A stretch of 64,000 nucleotides of DNA, taken from NCBI GenBank assembly GCA_016214565.1, contig JACROE010000002.1:119654-183653 (forward strand). The letters run 5' to 3'. A program made the position numbers and the translations under genes. Of the stretch, positions 47,584-57,680 are shown piece by piece. A model generated the notes under the pieces. It had not been told where the DNA came from, did not search any database, and saw only the letters and a program-made list of their open reading frames with translations. Every line of letters begins with the position of its first letter. Within the stretch, counting starts at the first letter, position 1. This stretch comes from Candidatus Kerfeldbacteria bacterium. GTDB taxonomy: Bacteria; Patescibacteriota; Patescibacteriia; UBA10025; JAHIVO01.

Positions 47584-48951
47584 ATGGCTAAAAAAGCCGC
47601 TGGTATTGAAAAATTACCACCACAAAACCTTGAGGCAGAACAGTCTGTTTTAGGGGCTTTATTGATTGATAAAGACGCAATTATCCGAGTAGCAGATATA
47701 GTTACCCCGGACGATTTTTACAAAGATGCCCATCGCGCTGTCTTTGAAGCTATGCTCACCCTCTACGAAAAGCGTGAACCAATTGATGTATTGTCACTTT
47801 CAAATCAACTCGAAAGCGAACACCGTCTCGAGGAAATTGGTGGCAGAAGTTACCTAGCATCACTGGCAAATGCCGTACCAACCGCCTCCCACGTCACTAA
47901 CTACGCACACATCGTTCAGAAGAAAGCAACCCTACGCCGGTTATTGACGGTCGCCTCTCGCATTACCGAGTACGGCTATGATGAATCAGAAAATATTGAA
48001 GAGCTGTTGGACAAGGCCGAACAGGCAATTTTCGGCGTTTCCCAAAAATACCTCAAGCAAAACTTTATTCCAATAAAATCAATTTTAACTGAAGCATTCG
48101 ATCGTATTGATGAATTGCATCGCGAAAGCGGCAAGCTCCGCGGTATTCCAACGGGCTATGCTGACCTCGACAACATATTGGCGGGCCTACAGAAATCAGA
48201 TCTGATTATTCTTGCAGCCCGGCCGTCAGTTGGTAAAACAACCCTGGCGCTGGACATTGTTCGACAAGTAGCGGTGAAATCAAAAGTTCCCGTTGGAATA
48301 TTCTCACTGGAAATGTCAAAAGAACAACTCATTGATCGTTTTCTTTGTGCCGAGGCGGGCGTTGATCTCTGGCGCATGCGGAGCGGAAAATTATCCTCTG
48401 ACGAGGACTTTACCAATATTGGCAATGCCATGGGTATCTTGTCCGAAGCGCCTATCTATATTGATGATTCGGCCTCAGCGAATATTATGGAAATCCGAAC
48501 TAAAGCACGTCGGCTACAATCGGAACACAATCTTGGCCTGATTGTCATTGATTATCTCCAACTTATGCAAGGTACGTCCGGTACTGATAACCGAGTACAG
48601 GAAATCAGTGAGATCACGCGTTCACTCAAAGCTATTGCCCGTGAACTGAACGTCCCCTTAATCGCCCTATCCCAGCTCTCGCGCGCTGTGGAGTCCCGCA
48701 CTCCCCCAATCCCGAAACTGGCTGACCTCCGTGAATCCGGATCAATCGAACAGGACGCCGACGTGGTACTTTTTATTTATCGCGAAGCGATCTACAAAAA
48801 AGATATTGACCCAGCGCGCAAACATGTGGCGGAAATCCACGTTGCGAAACATCGCAATGGTCCGACCGGTGAAATTCAACTATACTTCGACGAGAATCGA
48901 GTCAGCTTCCGCAATCTTGATCGCAAAACTAGCGATATCCCCGCCTTTTAA
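47584..48951 (+). CDS. dnaB: replicative DNA helicase DnaB
   Basis: N-terminal DnaB domain, Walker A ARPSVGKTTLAL, and RecA-like motifs; TTGATT-17-TACACT promoter upstream. Confidence 0.95.
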   Translation: MAKKAAGIEKLPPQNLEAEQSVLGALLIDKDAIIRVADIVTPDDFYKDAHRAVFEAMLTLYEKREPIDVLSLSNQLESEHRLEEIGGRSYLASLANAVPTASHVTNYAHIVQKKATLRRLLTVASRITEYGYDESENIEELLDKAEQAIFGVSQKYLKQNFIPIKSILTEAFDRIDELHRESGKLRGIPTGYADLDNILAGLQKSDLIILAARPSVGKTTLALDIVRQVAVKSKVPVGIFSLEMSKEQLIDRFLCAEAGVDLWRMRSGKLSSDEDFTNIGNAMGILSEAPIYIDDSASANIMEIRTKARRLQSEHNLGLIVIDYLQLMQGTSGTDNRVQEISEITRSLKAIARELNVPLIALSQLSRAVESRTPPIPKLADLRESGSIEQDADVVLFIYREAIYKKDIDPARKHVAEIHVAKHRNGPTGEIQLYFDENRVSFRNLDRKTSDIPAF

Positions 48952-49001
48952 ACCCCATCTAAAAACTACTCACTTATTAACTACCTACTACTTACTCCCC
49001 A

Positions 49002-49297
49002 TGTTCAATAAAATCAAAGAACTCAAACACTTACGCGACCAAGCGCATCAAATCAAAACAATGCTCAGCCAAGAAACGGTTCATACTGACGCCGCCCACG
49101 GCACTGTACAGCTCGTCATGGATGGTAATCAAGAAGTGCTCAGCATTGATATCAACCCCTCACTTCTCGCCCCTACTGAAAAAGAAAAACTGGAAACCGC
49201 GATACGTGAAGCAACGAATGACGCCATTAAAAAAGCGCAGCGTATTATGGCGGAAAAACTGAGGGGCATGGGTGGACTAAACATGCCTGGCATGTAA
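49002..49297 (+). CDS. ybaB: YbaB/EbfC nucleoid-associated protein
   Basis: 98 aa; YbaB pattern (...DAAHGTVQLVMDGNQEVLSIDINPSLL...AIREATNDA...). Confidence 0.8.
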
Positions 49298-49301
49298 TTG
49301 C

Positions 49302-49910
49302 ATGAACACATATCCTGATTCTATAAAAAATGCGATTGCTGCGCTCTGCCACCTTCCGGGCTTGGGGCCAAAATCGGCTGAGCGACTCGTTTTTTATCTC
49401 ATAAAAAATGGTAATGGCATGGCGGACGATTTGATAAAGCACCTAACTGCCATCAAACGCGACATACAAGTGTGTAACATCTGCGGCAATATAGCTACCA
49501 CCAATCCCTGCACCCTTTGTACCGATCCAAAACGCGACCAGAGCACACTCTGTATCGTCGCCGAGCCGCAGGATATTATTATCATCGAAAAAACCGGTGA
49601 TTTTCGGGGACGCTACCATGTTCTGGGAGGATTATTGAATCCCGTGGACCAAATCACTCCCGAAAAACTTCGCATTCAGCAATTAGTGGATCGCGTCAAA
49701 AACAATAATCCAGCCTTCAAAGAAATTATTATTGCCACGAATCCGGATCTCGAGGGCGAAACCACCGCGCTGTATATTAAACGCCAGCTCCAAGAACTGT
49801 CAGTCGTAGTGACCCGCCTTGCGACCGGCTTACCCATGGGAGCCACGATTGAGTACGCCGATGAAGTAACTCTCTCCAGCGCCTTCAAAGGACGCCAACG
49901 GATGAATTAA
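49302..49910 (+). CDS. recR: recombination protein RecR
   Basis: HhH motif, C4 zinc finger (CNICGN...CTLC), Toprim domain. Confidence 0.92.
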   Translation: MNTYPDSIKNAIAALCHLPGLGPKSAERLVFYLIKNGNGMADDLIKHLTAIKRDIQVCNICGNIATTNPCTLCTDPKRDQSTLCIVAEPQDIIIIEKTGDFRGRYHVLGGLLNPVDQITPEKLRIQQLVDRVKNNNPAFKEIIIATNPDLEGETTALYIKRQLQELSVVVTRLATGLPMGATIEYADEVTLSSAFKGRQRMN

Positions 49911-49930
49911 ACCATATTCAAAGATAAAAC

Positions 49931-49961
49931 AAAATGTCCCCGATATCGGGGACATTTTTTT
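49931..49961. terminator. bidirectional rho-independent terminator between recR and rplU
   Basis: Perfect palindrome AAAATGTCCCCGAT/ATCGGGGACATTTT with T-runs on both strands. Confidence 0.65.
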
Positions 49962-49970
49962 GTATTGAAA

Positions 49971-50285
49971 TTAAGCGATAATTTTTTGAATCATCACCTG
50001 GGTCTGGAATTGGCGATGACCACGGGTACGTAAATACCGAACTTTATTCTTGAATTTTACCACCAAAATCTTCTTCGATTTCTTCTGGACCATAACCCGA
50101 CCCTCTACTTTCACATTCGGTAAGGTTGGCTTGCCAAATGAGGTGGTTTTTCCATCAGCATACAGCAAAACGTCTGGAAAAATAACGCTTCCCCCGACCG
50201 CTTCGGGTAATTTTTCGATTGTCAGCACCTGTTTCTCGTGAACGGGGTACTGCTTTCCTCCAGTGCGGATAATTGCGAATTTCAT
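49971..50285 (-). CDS. rplU: 50S ribosomal protein L21
   Basis: MKFAIIRTGGKQYPV... L21 signature; no rpmA (L27) adjacent. Confidence 0.88.
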   Translation of the reverse strand: MKFAIIRTGGKQYPVHEKQVLTIEKLPEAVGGSVIFPDVLLYADGKTTSFGKPTLPNVKVEGRVMVQKKSKKILVVKFKNKVRYLRTRGHRQFQTQVMIQKIIA

Positions 50286-50362
50286 AGGTTACGTAATGAT
50301 ATAGATATAATGCCGCACTGATTTCGGGCTATCAGTGGGTATACCCCATACTAGCAAAGCGG

Positions 50363-50845
50363 CTAATCCCTGTCAAAGGTGATACTGACGGTATCCCCGA
50401 TCTTCCAACCACGTGCCGCTGCACCGCCACTCGTAATCTCGAGTACATCAGTAGCGATAACCTGCGGGTTGATCAATTCCACTCCCGGTTGTGCTCGATG
50501 TTCAATATGTACAATAGCCCCCTCATTAATCCAAATAATGTCCAAAGGAATCTTGGTATCCCGCATAGTGAAGATATATTGTCCGGCTACGGTAAAGGTA
50601 AAGAGCATCCCCTTCTCATATGGCAAATAGTTCCGGTGGGACAAGCCGGTCTGCTGAGTCTGAGACGTCCGCGCGATCTCTACCAATACCCGATCATCAC
50701 CAATTTGTACTACGCCAGTTTCATCGCGCAGCCGATGCCAATAATATGGCGCCATTGACAAAGCTCGATCGCCGCCGACTGACCACAGCGTGATACCAAG
50801 AACGATAGCTATTAATATAAAGATCCATAAACTTCGACGATTCAT
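50363..50845 (-). CDS. DUF192 (COG1430) family protein with N-terminal TM anchor
   Basis: GMLFTF...IPLDIIWI...VLEITSG motifs typical of DUF192. Confidence 0.65.
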   Translation of the reverse strand: MNRRSLWIFILIAIVLGITLWSVGGDRALSMAPYYWHRLRDETGVVQIGDDRVLVEIARTSQTQQTGLSHRNYLPYEKGMLFTFTVAGQYIFTMRDTKIPLDIIWINEGAIVHIEHRAQPGVELINPQVIATDVLEITSGGAAARGWKIGDTVSITFDRD

Positions 50846-52011
50846 ACGGTCTCCCCTTTCTCCCGGCGATGATACCGGGCGACGATTAATGCAATAAGCA
50901 AAAGCATGACCGCCGCGAGTACCAACAAAGCGGTTAATTTCTGCTCGCTGTTGCTGATAAACACAGCTGCTCCCCCAAAAACGATAGAGAGAGCGTACAG
51001 GCTTACTACTGCCAGCCGCGGTGACATACCGATATCCAGTAAACGAAAATGTAAATGCGAAAGATCAGCGGTGCGAAACGGCGATGCTCCGCGCCACAGG
51101 CGCCGGACGATTACCCACGCTACATCCAGGATAGGAATGCCCATGACGAGCATGGCGGTGGCAATTTTCGCTCCAGAAATTATCGCCAGCACGCCCAACA
51201 TAAAACCAGTCAAGACGCTCCCCCCCTCGCCCAGATAGATGCGGGCGGGATGAAAATTAAAAATGAGGAAGCCAGCACAGGCGCCAGCTAAAATAACGGC
51301 AAGGAGCGCAGTTTCCGGTTGCGCCACATCCTGATGAATACTGAGAAAGAAAAGCACACAGGCTCCGATCGTCGTAATACCAGAAACTAAACCATCCAAT
51401 CCATCTAAAAACTTCGTAGTGTACATCATGCCCATCAACCAAACGAAAGCAAAGAGGTCAGCGAGCACCACAAAATAATACGGGATATGACTAATAGAAA
51501 AGAGTTGCAACTTAATAGTATCGAGCGCGACAGTGCCGCCAAAGGGATTGGTAATATAGGTGACACCAATACCCGATCCAATTACAATTAAACACGCCAA
51601 AACCGGCCAAATAATTTGCTTACCGGGTGTCAGATGAAATCGATCATCGAGATAGCCACCGATCATAAGTAGTAACCCGGCCACCGCCATGCCGATCAAA
51701 TATTTTGGCAGCATATACCCACCCAAAACCCGATCGGTAAAAAACGCATAGCCGCCCACTACTAATAGTAACGTACAAAAAATAGCAACACCACCAAGCA
51801 AGGGGACGGGTTGCGATTGTCGCTTACGATCAGGTGCTTCCTCCGGACGATCAACGATGCCACGCCGTATCGCGAACCGCCGTACCACCACGGTGCAGAG
51901 CATCGAGACGGCACAGGCTACACCAAAAGGAATGATATATGCATTAATACTCAGCAGGTCCATAGGTTCGCTCAAGATATGTTTGTAATATTTCCTGGGC
52001 AGCAATTGCAT
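50842..52011 (-). CDS. MraY/WecA-family polyprenyl-phosphate N-acetylhexosamine-1-phosphate transferase
   Basis: Ten-TM protein with the DGLDGL motif; an alternative start at 51963 reduces the overlap with ruvX. Confidence 0.75.
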   Translation of the reverse strand: MQLLPRKYYKHILSEPMDLLSINAYIIPFGVACAVSMLCTVVVRRFAIRRGIVDRPEEAPDRKRQSQPVPLLGGVAIFCTLLLVVGGYAFFTDRVLGGYMLPKYLIGMAVAGLLLMIGGYLDDRFHLTPGKQIIWPVLACLIVIGSGIGVTYITNPFGGTVALDTIKLQLFSISHIPYYFVVLADLFAFVWLMGMMYTTKFLDGLDGLVSGITTIGACVLFFLSIHQDVAQPETALLAVILAGACAGFLIFNFHPARIYLGEGGSVLTGFMLGVLAIISGAKIATAMLVMGIPILDVAWVIVRRLWRGASPFRTADLSHLHFRLLDIGMSPRLAVVSLYALSIVFGGAAVFISNSEQKLTALLVLAAVMLLLIALIVARYHRREKGETV

Positions 52012-52369
52012 CCAATGCTCCCCGCGATGTACGCGTCGTGGTATGCGTCTGCATCCGCTGCTGCGATATACGTGAAGTCATCCGTTCATCTTGGTAAGCA
52101 ATAGAGTGGTGACTTACTTGCCCCAGCTGCTCGCCAAACTGACGCACACGACCGGCCATTAAACCTTCATCGCCGTTCTGATCAAGCGGTAAACCTATCA
52201 CCACCCCATCAATATCCTCGGAGTCAATCAATTGCTTGAGCTGGCGCACTGCATCCGCATCATGAGTCACCGACAGTATCGTATGGGGAAATGCCGAATG
52301 TTTTGCTTCATCAGACAGCGCCGTGCCGATTCGTTTGGTGCCATAATCAATACCTAATACTCGTCCCAT
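51944..52369 (-). CDS. ruvX: Holliday-junction resolvase-like YqgF/RuvX
   Basis: LGIDYGTKRIGTALSD RNase H-like N-terminal motif; 141 aa. Confidence 0.85.
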   Translation of the reverse strand: MGRVLGIDYGTKRIGTALSDEAKHSAFPHTILSVTHDADAVRQLKQLIDSEDIDGVVIGLPLDQNGDEGLMAGRVRQFGEQLGQVSHHSIAYQDERMTSRISQQRMQTHTTTRTSRGALDAIAAQEILQTYLERTYGPAEY

Positions 52370-52373
52370 AAGC

Positions 52374-53120
52374 TTAAGCGCGGGTTAAAATCTCTGGATC
52401 ACCATCAGTAATAGCGACGGTATGCTCAAAATGCGCTGACCAAGCTCCATCATGCGTAACAATTGTCCACCCATCAGGCATAGTCTCAACCGCTGCACTC
52501 CCGAGATTGAGCATGGGCTCAATGGCAATCACTAATCCAGGAATAAGCTGAACGCCCGTACCGGCTTTGCCGAAATTCGGCACCTGGGGAGGCTCGTGCA
52601 CCTGATATCCGACACCATGCCCCACCAGCTGTCGTACCACAGAAAAACCAAATCCCTCCGCATACTGCTGCACGGCATAACCAATATCTCCAGTTGTACT
52701 ACCTGCGCGAGCCGCACGGATACCTTCATACAACGAAGCACGGGTAACTTCTAATAATTTTGCAACCTCCGGATCAAGCGTACCTGCACCCACGGTCACG
52801 GCCATATCCGTAAATAATTTCTGATACACCAAACCAAGATCCACGCTCACGATATCGCCCGGCTGTATCACGGTCTGCTGGCGAGGAATGCCATGCACCA
52901 CTTGCTCATTTACCGAAATGCAAGCAACGTTTGGATACCCATTATAACCAAGAAAAGCTGGCGTCGCATCGTACCGTTTGATTTCTCGTGCCGCAATTGT
53001 ATCCAATTCCAGCGCCGTCACGCCCGGACGCACCGCATCCGCGACAATCTGAACCACCGCAGCCAGCCGCTTCCCACCCTCGCGCAAAACTGCAATTTCC
53101 TGCGGTGATTTTATCTTCAT
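52374..53120 (-). CDS. map: type I methionine aminopeptidase
   Basis: Pita-bread fold with conserved metal ligands (D, D, H, E, E). Confidence 0.92.
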   Translation of the reverse strand: MKIKSPQEIAVLREGGKRLAAVVQIVADAVRPGVTALELDTIAAREIKRYDATPAFLGYNGYPNVACISVNEQVVHGIPRQQTVIQPGDIVSVDLGLVYQKLFTDMAVTVGAGTLDPEVAKLLEVTRASLYEGIRAARAGSTTGDIGYAVQQYAEGFGFSVVRQLVGHGVGYQVHEPPQVPNFGKAGTGVQLIPGLVIAIEPMLNLGSAAVETMPDGWTIVTHDGAWSAHFEHTVAITDGDPEILTRA

Positions 53121-53124
53121 GAAT

Positions 53125-53691
53125 TTATTTGAAACGAGTTAAGATAGCTCGAGTTACCTCGGGGATTGTTGGTTCGCCGTTAACGGTCGCCAATACGCCT
53201 CGTCGGCGGTAGTGATCTATCACGGGCTTAGTTTTTTTACGATAGGTCGCCAGACGCTTGGTAATAGCCGCCGGCGTATCGTCTACCCGACCACGTCTCG
53301 CCAAACGAGCGATCGTAGTACGCGTAGAAATCGGAAGATAAAAAGCATGAGTAATTGTTCGACCCGAACTGCGTAAAATGCGATCAAGCGCAGTTGCCTG
53401 AACCTGATTGCGAGGAAAGCCATCGAAGAGAATCCCAGCTGATCGAGGAATTTGAGTTAGGGCTCGTTGCAAAATTGCCAATACAAGTGTCGTTGGCACT
53501 AATCCTTTCCCTTCGTTCATGATCTGTTGGACGCGTCGTGCCTGAGAATGACGCGATGCTGCAAATGAGCGCAAGAGTGCGCCCATATCAATATGGCGCA
53601 GCTTGAACCGACGAGCAAGCGCTTCGGCTTGAGTGCCTTTGCCGGAACCCTGGGGCCCGAGAATAATAATGATATACGGTTGTTTGTTCAT
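53125..53691 (-). CDS. adk: adenylate kinase (short form)
   Basis: P-loop GPQGSGKGTQA. Confidence 0.92.
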   Translation of the reverse strand: MNKQPYIIIILGPQGSGKGTQAEALARRFKLRHIDMGALLRSFAASRHSQARRVQQIMNEGKGLVPTTLVLAILQRALTQIPRSAGILFDGFPRNQVQATALDRILRSSGRTITHAFYLPISTRTTIARLARRGRVDDTPAAITKRLATYRKKTKPVIDHYRRRGVLATVNGEPTIPEVTRAILTRFK

Positions 53692-53720
53692 AGTAATGCC
53701 TCACTAGTATACTCAAATTC

Positions 53721-53745
53721 ACATAAAAAAACGAGCCAGGCTCGT
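53721..53745 (-). terminator. stem-loop plus T7 tract between secY and adk (internal attenuator or terminator)
   Basis: ACGAGCC-a-GGCTCGT followed by TTTTTTT on the minus strand. Confidence 0.45.
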
Positions 53746-53776
53746 CTCCGATTCATATCAGACTCCCCAGTAAGCA

Positions 53777-55051
53777 CTAAAAACCCTCGTAATTTCGCAT
53801 TACCAGCTGGGACTCAACCTGTTTAACAATCTCGATGACCACCGAAACGACGATGAGCAGCCCGGTGCCGCCAATAACCAACGATTTCACGGACGTCGTT
53901 GCCTGAATGATATTTGGTAAAATCGCAATGATACCGAGGAATAATGCACCGCCTAAAATAATACGATTACTCACGTAGCTCAGGAAATCAGCGGTTGGAT
54001 TTCCTGGTCGAATGCCCGGAATAAAGCCGCCCTGTTTCTGTAAATTTTCTGCGATTTGCTGCGGGTGAAAAATAACTGCAGTATAAAAATAAGAAAACGC
54101 CACCACCAACACAAAATACAATGCCGCATAGAGAACCTGATTAGCAAACAAATCAACGATAAAAGCGGCTCCGCTGGCAAGCCAGCCAATCGATGAATTG
54201 ATAAAAAACTGCGCTATCATGGGCGGAAATAAAACAATCGAAACAGCGAATATAATTGGAATAACGCCAGCTTGATTGACCCGTAATGGCAAGTGAGTAT
54301 CAACACCGCCATACATGCGCATGCCGCGGATACGCTTCGCATACGATACGGGGATGTTTCGTTTGCCTTCTGTCACAATAACCACGGCGGCAATCGTGAC
54401 TAGCCCGACAAGCAGAAATGCAATGTAAAGCGGTATTTGAGACGAATCAAATGTAGCAATAGTCTGCTGAAGTGACGTCGGAACGCGAGAAACGATGCCA
54501 GCAAAAATAATCAATGAAATGCCGTTACCAATTTGTTTTTCAGTAATCAGCTCACCTATCCACATCAAGAAGATAGTACCAGCGGTAATGGTAATCAAGG
54601 TGATTACTAATTGAAAACCACTGACGTCAGTTAAAATACCCTGACCCGATTGGCGCAAAAAAGTAATCATGCCATAGCCAGACATGGCTGCGAGCGGTAC
54701 AGTCAGCAATCGCTGATACTGATTCAGTTTGGCACGCCCAGCTTCGCCTTCCTTCTGCATCTCTTCCAGCTTTGGGATAACCATGGTTAAAAGCTGGAAA
54801 ATAATAGAAGCAGTGATGTATGGCGCGATGCCCAACATAACTACTGAAAAATTCTCCATGCCGCCACCCGAAAAAATATTTAATAAACCAAGTAGTTGAT
54901 TGCTAGAAAAAAGATTCTTCAGGTTCTCTATGTCCACACCGGGAATAGGGATATGGGCGACCACACGAAAAATAATCAACATTCCCAAAACAAAGAGAAT
55001 CTTATTGCGTAATTCCTTTATTTTCCAAATTTGTCTCAGTTTTTCCCACAT
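53777..55051 (-). CDS. secY: preprotein translocase subunit SecY
   Basis: Ten TM helices and the SecY signature. Confidence 0.95.
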   Translation of the reverse strand: MWEKLRQIWKIKELRNKILFVLGMLIIFRVVAHIPIPGVDIENLKNLFSSNQLLGLLNIFSGGGMENFSVVMLGIAPYITASIIFQLLTMVIPKLEEMQKEGEAGRAKLNQYQRLLTVPLAAMSGYGMITFLRQSGQGILTDVSGFQLVITLITITAGTIFLMWIGELITEKQIGNGISLIIFAGIVSRVPTSLQQTIATFDSSQIPLYIAFLLVGLVTIAAVVIVTEGKRNIPVSYAKRIRGMRMYGGVDTHLPLRVNQAGVIPIIFAVSIVLFPPMIAQFFINSSIGWLASGAAFIVDLFANQVLYAALYFVLVVAFSYFYTAVIFHPQQIAENLQKQGGFIPGIRPGNPTADFLSYVSNRIILGGALFLGIIAILPNIIQATTSVKSLVIGGTGLLIVVSVVIEIVKQVESQLVMRNYEGF

Positions 55052-55059
55052 AGCGATAA

Positions 55060-55560
55060 TCAGGCTTTTGCGGCGGCTGCCTTCCGTTTCGCTGCTTGTT
55101 TATAGGGAATTGATTTTTCTAATGAAATAATCGTGGCAGTGCCACCGGCAGCGGTAATAGCAGTACGGGCAGTTTCTGAAAAAGCATGCGCCCGTACAGT
55201 CAATTTCTTGTCGAGCTTACCGGCACCTAATATTTTAATCAATTTATTGGTTTTCGTCAGGTCCTGCTTATGCATCCGTTCTGGGGTTACTACGCTTCCA
55301 TCGGCAAATACGCGATTCAAATCAAGAATATTAACCGTGCTAAACACGGTGTGAGGACTGCGGAAACCACGAAGTTTAGGAATTTGCTGCAAAAATTGTT
55401 TCACGCCACGGCGCTGCAATCCTGAACGGCCACCGGAACGTGCACGCTGGCCTTTATTGCCACGACCGGCATAGGTCCCCTTACCCGACCCTGGACCGCG
55501 TCCCACCCGTTTGGCTGTGCGATAGGGTGCTGCTTGCAAATGTGATAACGATAATGCCAT
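55060..55560 (-). CDS. rplO: 50S ribosomal protein L15
   Basis: RVGRGPGSGKGTYAGRG motif. Confidence 0.9.
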   Translation of the reverse strand: MALSLSHLQAAPYRTAKRVGRGPGSGKGTYAGRGNKGQRARSGGRSGLQRRGVKQFLQQIPKLRGFRSPHTVFSTVNILDLNRVFADGSVVTPERMHKQDLTKTNKLIKILGAGKLDKKLTVRAHAFSETARTAITAAGGTATIISLEKSIPYKQAAKRKAAAAKA

Positions 55561-55569
55561 ACAAAAAAA

Positions 55570-56085
55570 TTATGAACGAAGTGCTTTAATAAATTTCATG
55601 TCTTTCAGTTTTTCCAGGGCAATCAAGGTTGCCTTAATATTATTAGCCTTATTCTTTGACCCAAGCATCTTTGAAACGACATTCTTGACACCGGCTAATT
55701 CGAGGACGGCGCGTACCGCGCCACCGGCTAAGATACCGGTGCCTTTCGGCGCTGGCTTCAACAAGACGTGCGCACCACCATAATACTCCTCGATGCGATG
55801 CGGAATGGTATCATTGATGATGGTAACTCGAATTAAATTTTTCTTTGCCGCGGCCACTGCTTTATTGATTGCAATGGATACATCGGCGCCTTTGCGAAGA
55901 CCCATGGCCACTCGGCCTTTACGGTCACCAATGACGACGCAAGCACGAAAATTCATGCGTTTGCCACCAGCCATCACGCGGGTCACCCGAGCGACTTCAA
56001 TCATCTTCTGATCAAATTCTTTTTCGACTCGCTCATTGCCACGAGTACGTGGTCGGCGTTCTTTGCGTTGTTCTTGTGGTGTCAT
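55570..56085 (-). CDS. rpsE: 30S ribosomal protein S5
   Basis: S5 dsRBD plus C-terminal domain; immediately followed by rplO with no L30 gene. Confidence 0.93.
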   Translation of the reverse strand: MTPQEQRKERRPRTRGNERVEKEFDQKMIEVARVTRVMAGGKRMNFRACVVIGDRKGRVAMGLRKGADVSIAINKAVAAAKKNLIRVTIINDTIPHRIEEYYGGAHVLLKPAPKGTGILAGGAVRAVLELAGVKNVVSKMLGSKNKANNIKATLIALEKLKDMKFIKALRS

Positions 56086-56091
56086 ATAGGG

Positions 56092-56454
56092 TTAAAACAT
56101 TAATCCTTTCGCGCGCATGCCGTCTGCCAGGGCTTTTACTCGACCATGGTAGGCATGTGAGCCTCGATCAAAAATAACGGTGGTAATGCCTGCTTTTTGC
56201 GCGGCGGCCGCAACTGCTTCACCGACGGCTCGGGCTACATCCGTTTTAGTCTGGCCTTTGCTGCGTTTGATTTTTACGTCTGAGGCGGCTGCCAGTGTCT
56301 TGCCGTTCTGGTCATCAATGAGCTGTACGCTGATATGTTTCAGGCTGCGCTTCACTGACGCCCGCGGCCGCTCTGCCGTGCCAGAGATCTTAGCCCGGAC
56401 CCGCAGTGCTCGGGCGGTGCGTTTAAAAAGATTTTTTTTGCGAATATCTACCAT
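56092..56454 (-). CDS. rplR: 50S ribosomal protein L18
   Basis: L18 signature. Confidence 0.9.
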   Translation of the reverse strand: MVDIRKKNLFKRTARALRVRAKISGTAERPRASVKRSLKHISVQLIDDQNGKTLAAASDVKIKRSKGQTKTDVARAVGEAVAAAAQKAGITTVIFDRGSHAYHGRVKALADGMRAKGLMF

Positions 56455-56468
56455 ACAATTATTATTGG

Positions 56469-57020
56469 TTATGCGGCACCAGCGCTCTTCACGACTTTAC
56501 CGGCTTTGCGGCGAATCGTTTCGGTGGAATACTTAATTCCTTTTCCTTTATACGGCTCTGGTTTGCGGTAATCACGTATTTGAGCGGCGATTTGTCCTAC
56601 CTGTTGTTTATCAGCGCCAGAAATAGTCAGTACATTTTTCTCTACCGCAACGGTAATGCTGCTGGGCACCTCAAATTCGATAGGATGAGAGTATCCAAGA
56701 TTGAGCGTTAATTTTTTACCAGCGGCCTGAGCGCGATATCCGACACCATTAATTTCTAACTGTTTTGTAAATCCGGTAGTAACGCCGGTCACCATGTTTG
56801 CCAACAGCATGCGTGAAGTACCCCAGAGGGAACGGGCTAATTTTTCCTCTACATGATCGACGGTTACCTCAAGCGTATCTCCGACTTGGGTAACATGCAC
56901 CCAGGGATGGAAATTTTGTTCGAGGGTACCTTTCGGTCCCTTAATAGTCACGTGGCTGCCCGCAATGGTAATGGTCACCCCCGCACTGATAACTACTGGT
57001 TTTTTTCCTACTCTCGGCAT
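56469..57020 (-). CDS. rplF: 50S ribosomal protein L6
   Basis: L6 two-domain signature. Confidence 0.92.
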   Translation of the reverse strand: MPRVGKKPVVISAGVTITIAGSHVTIKGPKGTLEQNFHPWVHVTQVGDTLEVTVDHVEEKLARSLWGTSRMLLANMVTGVTTGFTKQLEINGVGYRAQAAGKKLTLNLGYSHPIEFEVPSSITVAVEKNVLTISGADKQQVGQIAAQIRDYRKPEPYKGKGIKYSTETIRRKAGKVVKSAGAA

Positions 57021-57026
57021 ACGTAT

Positions 57027-57437
57027 TTAATAAATTTCACACAATACTTCACCACCGACTTTCTTTTCCTTGGCTTCACGATTTGTCAGAATGCCCTGAG
57101 GTGTTGATACGATCAATACACCAAGCGATGGTAATGTTTTAGGAATATCGCGGTAGCCATAATAAACACGGCGACCGGGGGTGCTCACGCGCTTTAATCC
57201 TGAAATAACTGAACGGCGCTCTTTGTATTTCAAGGCAATGCGCATAACGGGAGTTAATACACGGCCGTGATCATCAACGGGAGGCGTTACCTTATCCACG
57301 CTGGTAATAAAACCCTCGCGCGCAATTAACTGAGCGATTTCAAATTTTGTTCGAGAATACGGAACCACCGTTTCCTGCTGGCGAGCCATCAGGGCGTTGC
57401 GGATTCGAGTTAACATGTCTGCGATTGGGTCTGTCAT
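57027..57437 (-). CDS. rpsH: 30S ribosomal protein S8
   Basis: MTDPIADMLTRIRNA start. Confidence 0.92.
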   Translation of the reverse strand: MTDPIADMLTRIRNALMARQQETVVPYSRTKFEIAQLIAREGFITSVDKVTPPVDDHGRVLTPVMRIALKYKERRSVISGLKRVSTPGRRVYYGYRDIPKTLPSLGVLIVSTPQGILTNREAKEKKVGGEVLCEIY

Positions 57438-57476
57438 ACGATAGTGTTACGGGTCAGAAACATTCATTAAATATTA

Positions 57477-57662
57477 TTACCAGCTTGATTTCTTGATTCC
57501 AGGGATTTCGGCGTTATTTGCTAATTCCCGGAAACAGATGCGGCACATATTGAAATCACGCATATACCCACGGCGACGACCACAGCGCCAGCATCGTCTC
57601 ACGATGCGACTGGAAAATTTCGGCTTCTTCTTTGCGCGGGCGATTTGTGATTGTTTTGCCAT
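57477..57662 (-). CDS. rpsZ: 30S ribosomal protein S14 type Z (zinc-binding)
   Basis: 61 aa; CxxC...CxxC. Confidence 0.9.
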   Translation of the reverse strand: MAKQSQIARAKKKPKFSSRIVRRCWRCGRRRGYMRDFNMCRICFRELANNAEIPGIKKSSW

Positions 57663-57680
57663 ACGTCGGTTAAGGTAAAC

